This document shows, piece after piece, positions 50,378 to 60,201 of a DNA stretch of 64,000 bases (position 1 is its first letter; the number at the start of each line of letters is the position of its first letter). The notes under the pieces are model-generated. The model saw only the letters and a program-made list of their open reading frames with translations, did no database searches and was not told the DNA's origin. Source of the stretch: an uncultured Verrucomicrobiae bacterium (GTDB lineage Bacteria; Verrucomicrobiota; Verrucomicrobiia; Limisphaerales; Palsa-1400); contig CAWGST010000001.1 in the NCBI GenBank assembly GCA_963825315.1, positions 2,645,460 to 2,709,459 of the forward strand, in the 5' to 3' direction. Both the position numbers and the translations under genes were made by a program.

Positions 50378-50475
50378 ACTTTTATTATAGCACGGTCGCT
50401 TCGTTTATTGAAACACAAAAAGCCAGTCCTTCCGGGCGGCTGTTCGTTTGCAGCGAATTGCCAGCCGATGTGATC
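50378..50475 (-). repeat. attC half-site fused to promoter (type 2, copy 3)
   Basis: Minus strand: GATCACATC-GGCTGGC-AATTC-GCTGCAA-ACGAAC...TTTTGTGTTTCAATAAACGAA...TGCTATAAT-6nt-ATG. Confidence 0.65.
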
Positions 50476-50596
50476 ATATCAATGAAAGGGTCCTCGGAAA
50501 TTGGTATTCGTTCATTTTGATCAGCGATTTTCCAAAATCACTTTCATGGTATGGTTGTAGCAAAATCATGCGCGGCTGGCAAGACGGCGCCGCAAA

Positions 50597-50627
50597 TTAG
50601 GATTAAGATTACGATTAAGATTAGGAG
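50597..50627. repeat. Hexamer array (RGATTA)n, single arm
   Basis: ttaggattaagattacgattaagattagg. Confidence 0.7.
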
Positions 50628-50649
50628 CAGTTCACCAATGACAGGGATT

Positions 50650-51138
50650 TCAATACATGACTTTTCCCGGCATCCGCCGCCATTCCTCGAAGATTTCGAC
50701 GGCCTTGTCACGAAGAATTTGTCGCATGGGCAGCCGGCGCGAGGCCGGGGGCAGCGCCAATTCACGGTAGAGAGCCTCGTCGTCAAATCCCGCCCCGGCG
50801 GCGTCGGTGCGCGTGGCCGCGAAGACGATGCGCTCCACCCGCGCCCAATAGGCCGCGCCCAGACACATCGGGCACGGCTCGCAACTGGTGTAAAGAACGC
50901 ATCCTTGCAACACAAACGCACCCAGCCGCGCCGCCGCCGCGCGAATGGCCATGATTTCCGCATGGGCCGTCGGGTCGTTGCTCGAGGTGACCTGGTTCCA
51001 GCCGGTGGCGATGATTTCATTTTCCCGCACCATGACGGCGCCGAATGGCCCGCCGTCCCTGGCGCGCATGTGCTCCGCGGCCAATTGAATGGCGCGTTGG
51101 ATGAAATCGAGGTCCCGGGAGTTTGGCGCGGGCTGCAT
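50650..51138 (-). CDS. Nucleoside/guanine deaminase (CDA-like, GuaD type)
   Basis: GGPFGA, DPTAHAE, YTSCEPCPMC. Confidence 0.9.
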   Translation of the reverse strand: MQPAPNSRDLDFIQRAIQLAAEHMRARDGGPFGAVMVRENEIIATGWNQVTSSNDPTAHAEIMAIRAAAARLGAFVLQGCVLYTSCEPCPMCLGAAYWARVERIVFAATRTDAAGAGFDDEALYRELALPPASRRLPMRQILRDKAVEIFEEWRRMPGKVMY

Positions 51139-51151
51139 TTTTTAAAATGAT

Positions 51152-52864
51152 TTAAACGAAAAGGCTGGTCTTGCGCAGCTTCATCGAATCGATCAGGCCC
51201 TGATCGGTCAGCTTCAATTCGGGAATGGGCGACAGGCTCAAGAAAGAAAGCGTCATGAACGGGGCCTCCAGTTTGCAGCCCATCGCCCCCGCCTCCGCGT
51301 TGAGCGCGTCCAGCCGCTCAATGACTTCTTCCAGGGAACGATCGGAAACCAGGCCGGCCACGGGCAAGCCCAGTTCGGCCGCGACGCGGCCCTTTCGCAC
51401 CGCGACCTGGCCCCCTTGCAATTGTTCCAGCGCCTGGATCGCCCGGCAAATATCGGCGTCATTGGTTCCGACCACCACCACGTTATGCGCGTCGTGCGCC
51501 ACCGTCGAACCCAGCGCGCCGTCCTTGAGTTGAAACCCGCGCACGAAACCGACCCCGACGTTGCCGGTGGCGCGGTGCCGTTCCACCACCACCAGCTTGA
51601 GCACATCCCGCCCGGTGTCCGGGACGACACGGCCCTGCTCGATCTTGGGCGCCACGATAATCTGCCGGGTCACAATCTGGTTGGGAACAATTTCGATGAC
51701 CCTGATTTTCCCGGCCCGCGCGGCCTTGACCTCCAGATCGCGCACCTGGTAGCGCAGGTTCATCGTCCCCCGCGGCAGGGGCGTGGCCGCGGCGGCCCTG
51801 GCCAGATATTCCCCGTCTTCGGCCACGAGGACCCCCTTTTTCCAGGTCTGGCGGACGGCGAACTTTTTCAAACTGTCAAAAACAATAAAATCCGCCCAAT
51901 ACCGGGGCGCAATGGCGCCGAGATTCTGCAGCCGGTAGTGCCGCGCCGTGTTGATGCTGGCAATTTGCAGCGCCGTGATCGGCGGCAGGCCGTGGCGGAT
52001 GGAGAGGCGCACCGCGTGGTCAATATGGCCTTCCGCAACCAGGTCGCCTGCCAGCTTGTCATCCGTGGCGTAGGAGCAATTGACCGCGTTGTGCGGGTTG
52101 ATCAGCGGAAGCAGGTCAACCAGATTCCGCTCGGTGCTGCCTTCGCGCAGCAAAATGTGCAGGCCCAGCCGCAGTTTTTCCCGCGCCTCCTCCAGCCCGG
52201 TTGATTCGTGATCGGAGCGCACCCCGGCCAGCGCGTAGGCGTTGAGATTTTTTCCGCGCAAGCCGGGCGCGTGGCCATCGACCGCCTTGCCCTTGCTCTT
52301 GCCCACGGCGATTTTGGCCAGCTCGCTTTTCGCGCCCAGATAGACCCCCGGGTAATTCATCAATTCGGCGATGCCCGCCACGCGCTCATCGGCAATCATC
52401 AAGCCCAAATCATCGGCCGTGATGCGCGCCCCGGCTGTTTCGAGCGCGGTCGCCGGAACGCAGGAAGGCAGCATGATAAAAAAATCCAGCGGCAGGTTTT
52501 TGCTTGATTCCAGAACGTAACGGATGCCGTCCAAGCCCAGCACATTGGCGTATTCGTGGGGATCGATGATCACCGCCCCCGTGCCATGAGGCACCACCGC
52601 GCGGGCGAATTCCGGCGCGGTGAGCTGCGAGCTTTCGACGTGAAAATGCCCGTCAATCAGACTCGGCGCGATATAGGCGCCGCGCAGGTCAATGGTCTTG
52701 CGTCCCTTGTAATCGCCCAGGCCGATGATCCGCCCGTCCTCCACCGCGATGTTCGCGTCATAAATCTCGCCGCTGAGGACATTGACCAGGCGGCCGTTTT
52801 TGAAAAGCAATTCGGCGGGCTGTTCGCCGCGGGCCACGGCCAGTTTATGACGCACGTTTCGCAT
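51152..52864 (-). CDS. ade: Adenine deaminase
   Basis: DGHFHVESS, DPHEYANV, DGHAP, DHE, TDD, VAHDAHN, FLSLSPIPELK. Confidence 0.93.
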   Translation of the reverse strand: MRNVRHKLAVARGEQPAELLFKNGRLVNVLSGEIYDANIAVEDGRIIGLGDYKGRKTIDLRGAYIAPSLIDGHFHVESSQLTAPEFARAVVPHGTGAVIIDPHEYANVLGLDGIRYVLESSKNLPLDFFIMLPSCVPATALETAGARITADDLGLMIADERVAGIAELMNYPGVYLGAKSELAKIAVGKSKGKAVDGHAPGLRGKNLNAYALAGVRSDHESTGLEEAREKLRLGLHILLREGSTERNLVDLLPLINPHNAVNCSYATDDKLAGDLVAEGHIDHAVRLSIRHGLPPITALQIASINTARHYRLQNLGAIAPRYWADFIVFDSLKKFAVRQTWKKGVLVAEDGEYLARAAAATPLPRGTMNLRYQVRDLEVKAARAGKIRVIEIVPNQIVTRQIIVAPKIEQGRVVPDTGRDVLKLVVVERHRATGNVGVGFVRGFQLKDGALGSTVAHDAHNVVVVGTNDADICRAIQALEQLQGGQVAVRKGRVAAELGLPVAGLVSDRSLEEVIERLDALNAEAGAMGCKLEAPFMTLSFLSLSPIPELKLTDQGLIDSMKLRKTSLFV

Positions 52865-52947
52865 GACAACTCCGGCACTCTACAGCATCCGCCCCCTGAG
52901 CAAAATAAAATAAGCAACAAGAAGACTTCCCGGGGCGGAGGGACTCC

Positions 52948-53053
52948 CAATCTTAATCCTAATCCTAATCCTAATCCTCTTAATCTTAAACCAGATGAAT
53001 CCAAGGGAGATTAAGATTACGATTAGGATTAGGATTGGGATTACGATTAGGAA
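52948..53053. repeat. Hexamer-array palindrome (TAATCY)n...(RGATTA)n
   Basis: aatcttaatcctaatcctaatcctaatcc ... gattaagattacgattaggattaggattgggattacgattagg. Confidence 0.85.
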
Positions 53054-53123
53054 CGGGCGGGCAACGCTTTGCGGCGCTTTGGCGCTTGCCAGTCAATCCT
53101 CCCGCGGCCTACACTGCCAACGC

Positions 53124-53997
53124 ATGAAAAAGATTGGTTTACTGGCCGCGCTGGCTCTGCTGGCCGCCTGGCCCCTCCAGGCCCAGTTCAACGGCGTGAC
53201 GGCGGAATTGCAATTGGTCCAGGACCAATACCTTCCCGGCGAAGACCTCCAGTTAAAAGTCCGCATCACCAACCGCTCCGGCCAGGAAATCATTTTGGGC
53301 GCGGACAACGATTGGCTGGCGATGTCCATCATGGGCGAGAATAATGTCGCTTGCCCCAGGCTGGGGGACATGCCCCTCCAAGGCCGGTTTTCCCTGCTCT
53401 CGGGCGAAGTGGGGAGCCCGGCCATTGAATCCGACGCCTTACTTTGACTTTCGCCAGGTGGGCCGATATCGCATCACGGCGAGAATCCGCATTCCGCAGT
53501 GGCGGCAGGAAATTGTCTGCAAGTCCGTTGCCTTCACCGTCGCCAACGGCGTGCCTTTGCCCAATTTGGCCAATTTGCAATTCGGGATGCCGCCGGCGCC
53601 GGGCGTGACCAATGCCGCCCCGGAAGTGCGCAGATATAGTTTGTTGAAAGTCAGTTATTTGAAGGAATTGAAACTCTATTTCCGGCTGACCGACAGCCGG
53701 GGCAAAATTTTGCGCGTCTTCCCCATTACCCGCATGACCTCTTTCACCGTCCCGGAAGCGCAGATCGACTGCTTCAACAATTTGCATGTTCTGAGCCAGA
53801 CGGGAGCCAGGTCTTTCAACTATGGTGTGATTAATCCCAAAGGCCAATGGGTCGTTCGCCAAACCTTTATGTACACCGGCACCCGCCCTGTTTTGCGCGT
53901 GGATGCGGAAGGGCGCATTTTTGTCGCCGGCGGCGCGCGCCGCCTTTCCGCGGACGACTTTCCCCCGCCCGCGCCCGAGTCCGCCAACCGGCAGTGA
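53124..53997 (+). pseudogene. Secreted hypothetical protein, frameshifted near 53410-53420
   Basis: Signal-peptide ORF (MKKIGLLAALALLAAWPLQAQ) ends at 53447. The coherent C-terminal part (LNPTPYFDF..GRYRITA) is in ORF 53344..53997. Confidence 0.6.
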
Positions 53998-54555
53998 TCA
54001 GCGGTCGGCCAATGCGCGCATCAGGCGCGATGCGGGCTGAAGCCGGGCAATTTTCCCGGGCACATCCGCCAATTTGGCCAGAACGATGTCGCGATGTCCC
54101 TTCCCAATCCACGGGGAGGAAATCAGCAGCGAGGTGCAGCCCGCATTGTGCGCGGCCTCGGCGTCCTGCCATTTATTGCTGATGACAAAGGAGCGCTCCA
54201 TGTTGACCTGCCATTTAAAAGCCGCTTCGGTGAGCAACCCCGGTTTGGGCTTGCGGCACGGACAGCAATCGTCGGCGTCATGCGGACAAATAAATATATC
54301 GTCCAGGCAAAACATCTGGCGCAATACGGAATGCATCCGGTCCAATTCGCGGCGGGACAACGAGCCATGCGACAAGCCGGGCTGGTTGGTCGTGGCAATG
54401 AGCAGGAAACCCGCCGCTTTGAGCTGGCGCAACGGTTCCATCGCCCCGGTATTCGGCTCCATCTGCTCCAGGAACAGCGGTGGCGTCGGCTGGGCTCCTT
54501 CCAGCCGGTCCAAAATTAATATTCCGTCTCGCTCTATAAATACAGCCGCTCGCAT
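53998..54555 (-). CDS. HAD-IIIA phosphatase, D,D-heptose 1,7-bisphosphate phosphatase-like
   Basis: ATTNQPG, CPH..DDCCPCRKPKPG. The first HAD motif reads FIERDG and the GD motif reads SNKWQD, so both are non-canonical. Confidence 0.8.
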   Translation of the reverse strand: MRAAVFIERDGILILDRLEGAQPTPPLFLEQMEPNTGAMEPLRQLKAAGFLLIATTNQPGLSHGSLSRRELDRMHSVLRQMFCLDDIFICPHDADDCCPCRKPKPGLLTEAAFKWQVNMERSFVISNKWQDAEAAHNAGCTSLLISSPWIGKGHRDIVLAKLADVPGKIARLQPASRLMRALADR

Positions 54556-54627
54556 AAATAGGAATACTAGCATAAGTTAGGCCATGTATGGCACAGCCGC
54601 CAGAAATTAATCACGTTTCCCGCATGT

Positions 54628-55056
54628 TTACGGGACATTGTCTGGCGCATGCAAAAACGGCTGGAGTTTTTCGAGCAATTCCTTTGGCAGGCGCCTGGGT
54701 TTTTCATCCATGCTGGCGCAGACGTGCCGCGTTTCCCCTTCGGCCAGCAGAGCGCCGCCCGCATTGAGAATGCGGAAGCCAACGCTTAACCGGATGCCGC
54801 CCATTTCGTTGACGCGCAGTTCAAGGGTGAGCAAGTCATCGTAACGCGCCGCTCCTTTGTAGGCAATCTGCAACCCGATGACCGGAAAAGCCGTCCCCGC
54901 CTCCTGCAGGCCGGGCAAGGGACAGCCCAGATGCCGGAAAAATTCACCGCGCGCCTCTTCCAGCATTTCCAGGTAACGGGAGTAATAGACATGATTGCCC
55001 ACCGTGCAATCTCCATAGATGACGCGGTGCTGATGTTGAAAAACCGATCCAGACAC
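54628..55056 (-). CDS. Acyl-CoA thioesterase (YbgC/4HBT family)
   Basis: RVIYGDCTVGNHVYYSRYLEMLEEAR, YKGAARYDD. Confidence 0.85.
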   Translation of the reverse strand: MSGSVFQHQHRVIYGDCTVGNHVYYSRYLEMLEEARGEFFRHLGCPLPGLQEAGTAFPVIGLQIAYKGAARYDDLLTLELRVNEMGGIRLSVGFRILNAGGALLAEGETRHVCASMDEKPRRLPKELLEKLQPFLHAPDNVP

Positions 55057-55243
55057 GCCACAAATTTTCGCGCCGGCATGAAAAATGTCGAGTGGAAAGA
55101 ATGCCCGGATCTTGCCAGCCGCGCATGGTTTTGCTAAAACCGCGCCATGAAAGCGTCCCGGGAAATTGGTGAACAAAAGGAATGAAAACAAATTTCCGGG
55201 GACCCTGTCACTTTCGCGTAACGCTGCTGTTCGGAACTCTCCA

Positions 55244-56161
55244 ATGAGATTTTGGGGCAATCTTAACTTGTTGCTGATGGCGAGACTTGCGCTGGCACAG
55301 AGTCCCGACGCGGGCAGCATCCGCGATGAAACCGTTCCGTCGCGGTTTCCAGGCGCGCCGCGAGCGGTGCATGTTTATCTGCCTGCGGCATACTCGGCAC
55401 AGATCAATCGCAGTTTCCCGGTTTTATATTTGCACGATGGCCAGAATGTGTTCAGCACGGCGGGCGCCAACGCCGCGTTCGGTTGGGGCAGTTGGGAATT
55501 GGACCTCACCGCGGACCGGTTGATCCGCGAAAATAAAATCCGTCCCATCATCATGGTGGCGGTGGACAATCTCGGTCTCGCGCGGATGTCGGAGTATTCC
55601 GGGCACCACGGGGCGGGGACAAATCAAAGCGGCGATTTCGATGGTTACTCGGCGTTTCTCATGCGCGAGCTGAAGCCTTACATTGACCGGAAATACCGCA
55701 CGCTGCCTGACGCCAGGCACACCGGCGTGATGGGATCGTCGCTGGGCGGGTTGTGCAGCGCGGTGCTGGCCTGGGAACATCCGGAAGTTTTTGGGAACGC
55801 GGCCAGTCTTTCCGGGGCGTTCTTTTTTGACGACAAGCACTTCCTGGAGGCCCTGCTCAAGAAAGATAAAGGGCCGCCGAAGCCGGTGAAGCTTTATTTC
55901 GATTCGGGTTCAGTGGATTTCATGGGCGGGGATGATGGGCGGCAAATGACGGCGGCGGTGGTGGCGGAGTTGCGGCGCATCGGCTGGAGGGAAAATCTGC
56001 GCTATTATGTTGATGAACATCCGATGACGCCCGAACAACTGGCCGCGACCGGATTGCGGCGGGACAAATGGAATGAAGCGCAGACGAGCCAGCACAATGA
56101 GTTTTACTGGCGGTTGCGCGCGTGGCGGGCGCTGACATTTCTGTTCCCGCCGGAAAATTGA
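55244..56161 (+). CDS. Alpha/beta-fold esterase (Fes/putative esterase family), exported
   Basis: YLHDGQNVF, GVMGSSLGG, YFDSG, HNE. Confidence 0.85.
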   Translation: MRFWGNLNLLLMARLALAQSPDAGSIRDETVPSRFPGAPRAVHVYLPAAYSAQINRSFPVLYLHDGQNVFSTAGANAAFGWGSWELDLTADRLIRENKIRPIIMVAVDNLGLARMSEYSGHHGAGTNQSGDFDGYSAFLMRELKPYIDRKYRTLPDARHTGVMGSSLGGLCSAVLAWEHPEVFGNAASLSGAFFFDDKHFLEALLKKDKGPPKPVKLYFDSGSVDFMGGDDGRQMTAAVVAELRRIGWRENLRYYVDEHPMTPEQLAATGLRRDKWNEAQTSQHNEFYWRLRAWRALTFLFPPEN

Positions 56162-56260
56162 GGGGCGCAAATCCGGCTTGCGCCAGTCCGGGGCCAAGGG
56201 AGAAATATAATCAGACTTGCGCCTGTTTCAATCGCCGTTTCATGCTAAACTCGGGCTGTT

Positions 56261-58663
56261 TTGAAATTTGATCCGGCAACGAAAGTATTTGAAGTCTCGG
56301 TCCGGGAACTGGCGCAGGATGAAGACTTTTCCCGCATCGGTTTCGGGCGGGGCGAAGGATGGCATCGCCTGGGCCTGGGCGCGGAGTTGCACGCCCGCGT
56401 CTTGCAAGACCGCTGCCTGGCCCATCCCGCCTATCGCCGGGAAGTCCATTTGCAAATTCGCCGCCCGGTCGAAGAGTGGACGGCCCTGATCACCGGCCGG
56501 CTCGACGGCTGCGCGCCGGACGGCAAGGGCGGCTGGCTGATCGAGGAATTCAAGTCCGCTTATTTTCCAACACAGGAAAGCCGCCGTTCCGGCGCGGCCT
56601 TCGAGCGCCATCAACGGCAGCTCTTGTTCTACTGCCTTATGTGGCGTCAGTTGGGCAACTCCCCCGTTTCGGCCGCGCTGGTCTATGTGGATTTGGCCGG
56701 CGGCGGGGAAACGCCCGTCGCCGTCGCCTATGATGAACCCGCCCTGGAACGCGAACTGCAACAGCGTCTCCGCCGTTTGCTGGCCATTTGGAAGGCCGGG
56801 GAAAAAGCGCGCGGGCAAAAAGCCGCGGCGGCCGGGTCGCTGCCGTTCCCCCACGAAGCCCGGCGCCCCGGCCAGAAAATAATGATTGACGCCGTCCGGC
56901 AAACGCTCGCCGCCGGCGACAATTTGCTGGCCGAGGCCCCGGCCGGCTCGGGCAAAACCGCGGCCAGCCTGCACCCGGCGCTGGCGCACGGGCTGTCCAC
57001 CGGACGCCAGGTGGTTTTCCTCACCGCCAAGACGCTGCAACAAAAAATGGCCGTGTCCGCCCTGCGCGCCATGAACCCGCACGGCGCCTTTCGCACCCTG
57101 CAAATTCGCGCCAAGGAAAAGATGTGCGCCAACGACCGCGTCATCTGTCACGAAGATTTTTGTCCCTATGCGAAGGATTACCCGGGGAAAATGGAGCGGT
57201 CGAAAATCCTCGAGCGCCTGCGCGAGGCTCATTGGCATTTTGATCCCGACACCGTCTTTGCCGAGGCCAAACAGGAAAAGGTCTGCCCTTTTGAGGCGCA
57301 GTTGGAACTGGCCCGGCGGGCCGACGCCATCGTGGCCGATTACAATTATGTCTTCGAGCCGGGCGCGGCCCTGCGCCACCTGGAGCGCGAGGAGTTGGGC
57401 AACGCCATTTTGCTGGTGGACGAGGCGCACAATTTGCCGGACCGCGCCCGCCAGATATTTTCCCCCGAGTTGTTGGAGGAAACGTTGCGTTCGGCCGGGG
57501 GCCGGCTCCTGCTCCAAGCGGGTGAGTTGTTCGAATCCATCTCCGAAAGCATCGCCAGGCTGGCGGCGCTTTTGCGCGAGACGGCTGACGTGCTGGCCGA
57601 AGGCCCCGCCATCGCCGAAATCGAGCCGCCGGCCGATGCCGTGCGGATGCTGTGGAAGGAATGGGAGCCGAAATTCATCCGTTACCTTGCGTGGAAACGC
57701 GAGCTGAAACTCGCCGCCCCGCAGGATCCGATTCTCGATTTGCATTTCGCCTGGCAGCGGTTCATCGCCGTTTTGAACCTGTTCGGCCCGGGCTTCACCT
57801 GCGTGATCGAAAGGCGGAGCAAGTCCCTTCGTCTGGCCCTCGTCTGCCTGGACCCGGCGCGGGCCTTGGCCCCCATTTTTCGCGCGGCCTCCTCGACCGT
57901 TTTGTTTTCGGCCACTCTTTCGCCCGTGGAAATGACGCGCCGCATGTTGGGCCTGGAAAAGGAACGCACCCGCTCCATCACCCTGCCGCCGCCCTTTCCG
58001 CGGGAACACCGCAAGGTCATGATCCTGCCCCAGGTGCGGACCACTTTTGCGGCGCGGGACAAAAATTTTGGCGCGATTGCCGGGCTGGTGGCCCAAATGT
58101 CCGACGCCCGGAACGGCAACGGCTTGGTTTTGTTTCCGAGCTACCAGTTCCTCGAAAAAGTCGCGGAAAGGCTGCCGCCGATTCGCGCCCGCTTGCTGGT
58201 GCAGCGTCCGAACATCGCCGAGTCCGAACGGCGCGAAATTCTCAACGCGCTGGCCGCGCCGCCGCCCGGCGGCATTTTGTTGCTCGCCGTCCTGGGCGGG
58301 ATGTACGCCGAGGGCGTTGATTATCCGGGCGAACTGTTGACCTCCGTCTACATCGTTTCACCCGCGTTGCCCCAGGTTTCCTTCGAGCGCGAACTGTTGC
58401 GCCGCTATTTTGAGGAGACCGAGCAAGCCGGGTTCGAGTATGCCTATCTCCAACCCGGCATGACGCGCGTCATTCAGGCCGCGGGGCGGTTGATCCGCAA
58501 TGAAACGGACCGCGGCGTCATTGCCCTGCTCTGCCAAAGATTTCTCCAGGAACCCTACGTCAGCCGCCTGCCCCGGGATTGGTACGACGAGTGGCCGGCG
58601 CAGTTGATTGCCCGTCATCCGGCGGAAGAGATTCGAAAATTCTTCGGCGACGCGGTTGGCTAG
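56261..58663 (+). CDS. DinG/Rad3-family ATP-dependent helicase with N-terminal PD-(D/E)XK (Cas4-like) domain
   Basis: GRLDG..IEEFKS nuclease-like motif, APAGSGKT, Fe-S cysteines (KMC..C...CPY...CPF), DEAHNL, SATL, EGVDY, QAAGRLIR. Confidence 0.9.
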   Translation: MKFDPATKVFEVSVRELAQDEDFSRIGFGRGEGWHRLGLGAELHARVLQDRCLAHPAYRREVHLQIRRPVEEWTALITGRLDGCAPDGKGGWLIEEFKSAYFPTQESRRSGAAFERHQRQLLFYCLMWRQLGNSPVSAALVYVDLAGGGETPVAVAYDEPALERELQQRLRRLLAIWKAGEKARGQKAAAAGSLPFPHEARRPGQKIMIDAVRQTLAAGDNLLAEAPAGSGKTAASLHPALAHGLSTGRQVVFLTAKTLQQKMAVSALRAMNPHGAFRTLQIRAKEKMCANDRVICHEDFCPYAKDYPGKMERSKILERLREAHWHFDPDTVFAEAKQEKVCPFEAQLELARRADAIVADYNYVFEPGAALRHLEREELGNAILLVDEAHNLPDRARQIFSPELLEETLRSAGGRLLLQAGELFESISESIARLAALLRETADVLAEGPAIAEIEPPADAVRMLWKEWEPKFIRYLAWKRELKLAAPQDPILDLHFAWQRFIAVLNLFGPGFTCVIERRSKSLRLALVCLDPARALAPIFRAASSTVLFSATLSPVEMTRRMLGLEKERTRSITLPPPFPREHRKVMILPQVRTTFAARDKNFGAIAGLVAQMSDARNGNGLVLFPSYQFLEKVAERLPPIRARLLVQRPNIAESERREILNALAAPPPGGILLLAVLGGMYAEGVDYPGELLTSVYIVSPALPQVSFERELLRRYFEETEQAGFEYAYLQPGMTRVIQAAGRLIRNETDRGVIALLCQRFLQEPYVSRLPRDWYDEWPAQLIARHPAEEIRKFFGDAVG

Positions 58664-59662
58664 AGCGTTTTAAATAAAACTGTAGCCATTCCGTTGGGCC
58701 TGTGGTATAGGCAGTTCATGCGAACTTTATCGTTGGACCTGCGCGAACGGATTTTGGCTTCCTATGACCTTGAAGAGGGGACTCGCGTGGAGGTCGGCGA
58801 TCGTTACCGGGTTTCGCTGGGCCTGGTCAAGAAGCTCTTGCAACAACGCCGACGGACCGGGGAGATCGGTCCGCGCCACCGTTTCTCCGGGCGCAAGCCG
58901 ATGATCCTGGCGGCCCATCAGCGCCAGATGCGGACTCTATTGAATCAGAAGCCCGACCTGACCTTGAAAGAGCTGCGCGCCGGCTTGGAACTGGACTGTT
59001 CTCTGCCCGCCATCCACTACGTTCTGGCGAAGATGGGGCTGACATATAAAAAAAGACACTCCATGCCAGCGAGCAAGACCGTCCGGACATTGCGCGGGCG
59101 CGCCGCGCCTGGCGGCGTCGGCAAGGCGGTTTGGACCCGGCCAAACTGATTTTCCTGGACGAATCGGGTGCCAAAACCAATCTGACCCGCCTGCGCGGGC
59201 GCGCCCTGCGGGGTCAGCGTGTCTACGCCCAATGTCCGCAGGGCCATTGGCAAACCACGACCATGATCGGCGCCATCCGCCTGGACGGTGCCACCGCCTG
59301 CATGACCATCGAGGGGGCCACCGATACGGAGGTTTTCCGGGTCTATGTCGGCCATGTCTTGTGCCCGACGCTGCGCGCCGGAGATGTGGTCATCATGGAT
59401 AACCTCTCCCCGCATAAAAGTGAGCCGACCCTTTCGCTGATCGCGCAGGCTGGAGCCCAAATCCTCTTCCTTCCAGCCTATTCCCCAGACCTCAATCCCA
59501 TCGAGCAAATGTGGAGCAAAGTCAAATCCCACCTGCGTACAGCCGAGGCCCGCACGCAGCCCGCTCTGCTCCAGGCGATTGCTTCAGCTTTGCAGAGTAT
59601 CACGCCCCGGGATGCCATGAACTGGTTTGCCTCTTGTGGCTACAGTTTTATTTAAAACGCTC
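58663..59662 (+). mobile_element. IS630-family insertion sequence, complete
   Basis: Perfect inverted repeat CTAGAGCGTTTTAAATAAAACTGTAGCCA (58660-58688 and 59637-59665), consistent with TA duplication in a CTAG target. Confidence 0.93.
58718..59655 (+). CDS. IS630 transposase via -1 frameshift
   Basis: OrfA SLDLRERI...MGLTYKK, slippery A7G at 59048-59055, OrfB IFLDESG, VIMDNL..HK, LPAYSPDLNPIEQMW. Confidence 0.9.
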
Positions 59663-59787
59663 TAGAGCGGTTACACAATTCATATAGCGATTTTTATGGC
59701 CCGCAGAACTCGCAGATGACGCAGAAACGGAGACGAAAATTCTTTTTCTTTTCTGCGGGAATATCCTATTCTGCGGACAAAAATATT

Positions 59788-60201
59788 ATGGAAGACTTCC
59801 CCCATAAAGAACAAACCTACAAAATCCTCGGCGCTTGCTTTGAAGTGTACAAGGAAAAAGGCTGCGGCTTCCTCGAAGCCGTTTACCAGGAGTGCCTGGA
59901 GATTGAACTCGAACTGCAAGGCATGGTCTTTGCCGCCAAACCGCCGTTGCACCTGAAATACAAAGGCCGCTCGCTACAGCAAACCTACCAGCCTGATCTC
60001 CTCTGCCATGAGAAAATCGTGGTCGAACTCAAAGCCGTTTCCGCGCTCGCCGACGAGCATCGTGCCCAGGTCATCAATTACCTTCACGCCACAGGCTGCG
60101 AAGTGGGCCTGCTCGTGAACTTCGGGCACTTTCCCAAAATCGAGTTCGAGCGGCTGGCCAACACGAGGAAGAAAGGCGCATCGGCAGAAGCAGAGCAATG
60201 A
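59788..60201 (+). CDS. GxxExxY protein
   Basis: GCGFLEAVYQECL, PDLLC..VVELKAV, QVINYL, GLLVNFG. Confidence 0.9.
   Translation: MEDFPHKEQTYKILGACFEVYKEKGCGFLEAVYQECLEIELELQGMVFAAKPPLHLKYKGRSLQQTYQPDLLCHEKIVVELKAVSALADEHRAQVINYLHATGCEVGLLVNFGHFPKIEFERLANTRKKGASAEAEQ

Noticed and set aside
50650-52864. Adjacent guanine-type and adenine deaminases as a novel system
   Set aside because: This is an ordinary purine salvage/catabolism pairing.
45642-53053. Hexamer arrays or attC-like repeats as a CRISPR array
   Set aside because: There are no equal-length repeats separated by unique 30-40 bp spacers, the repeats are separated by whole genes, and no cas genes are present.
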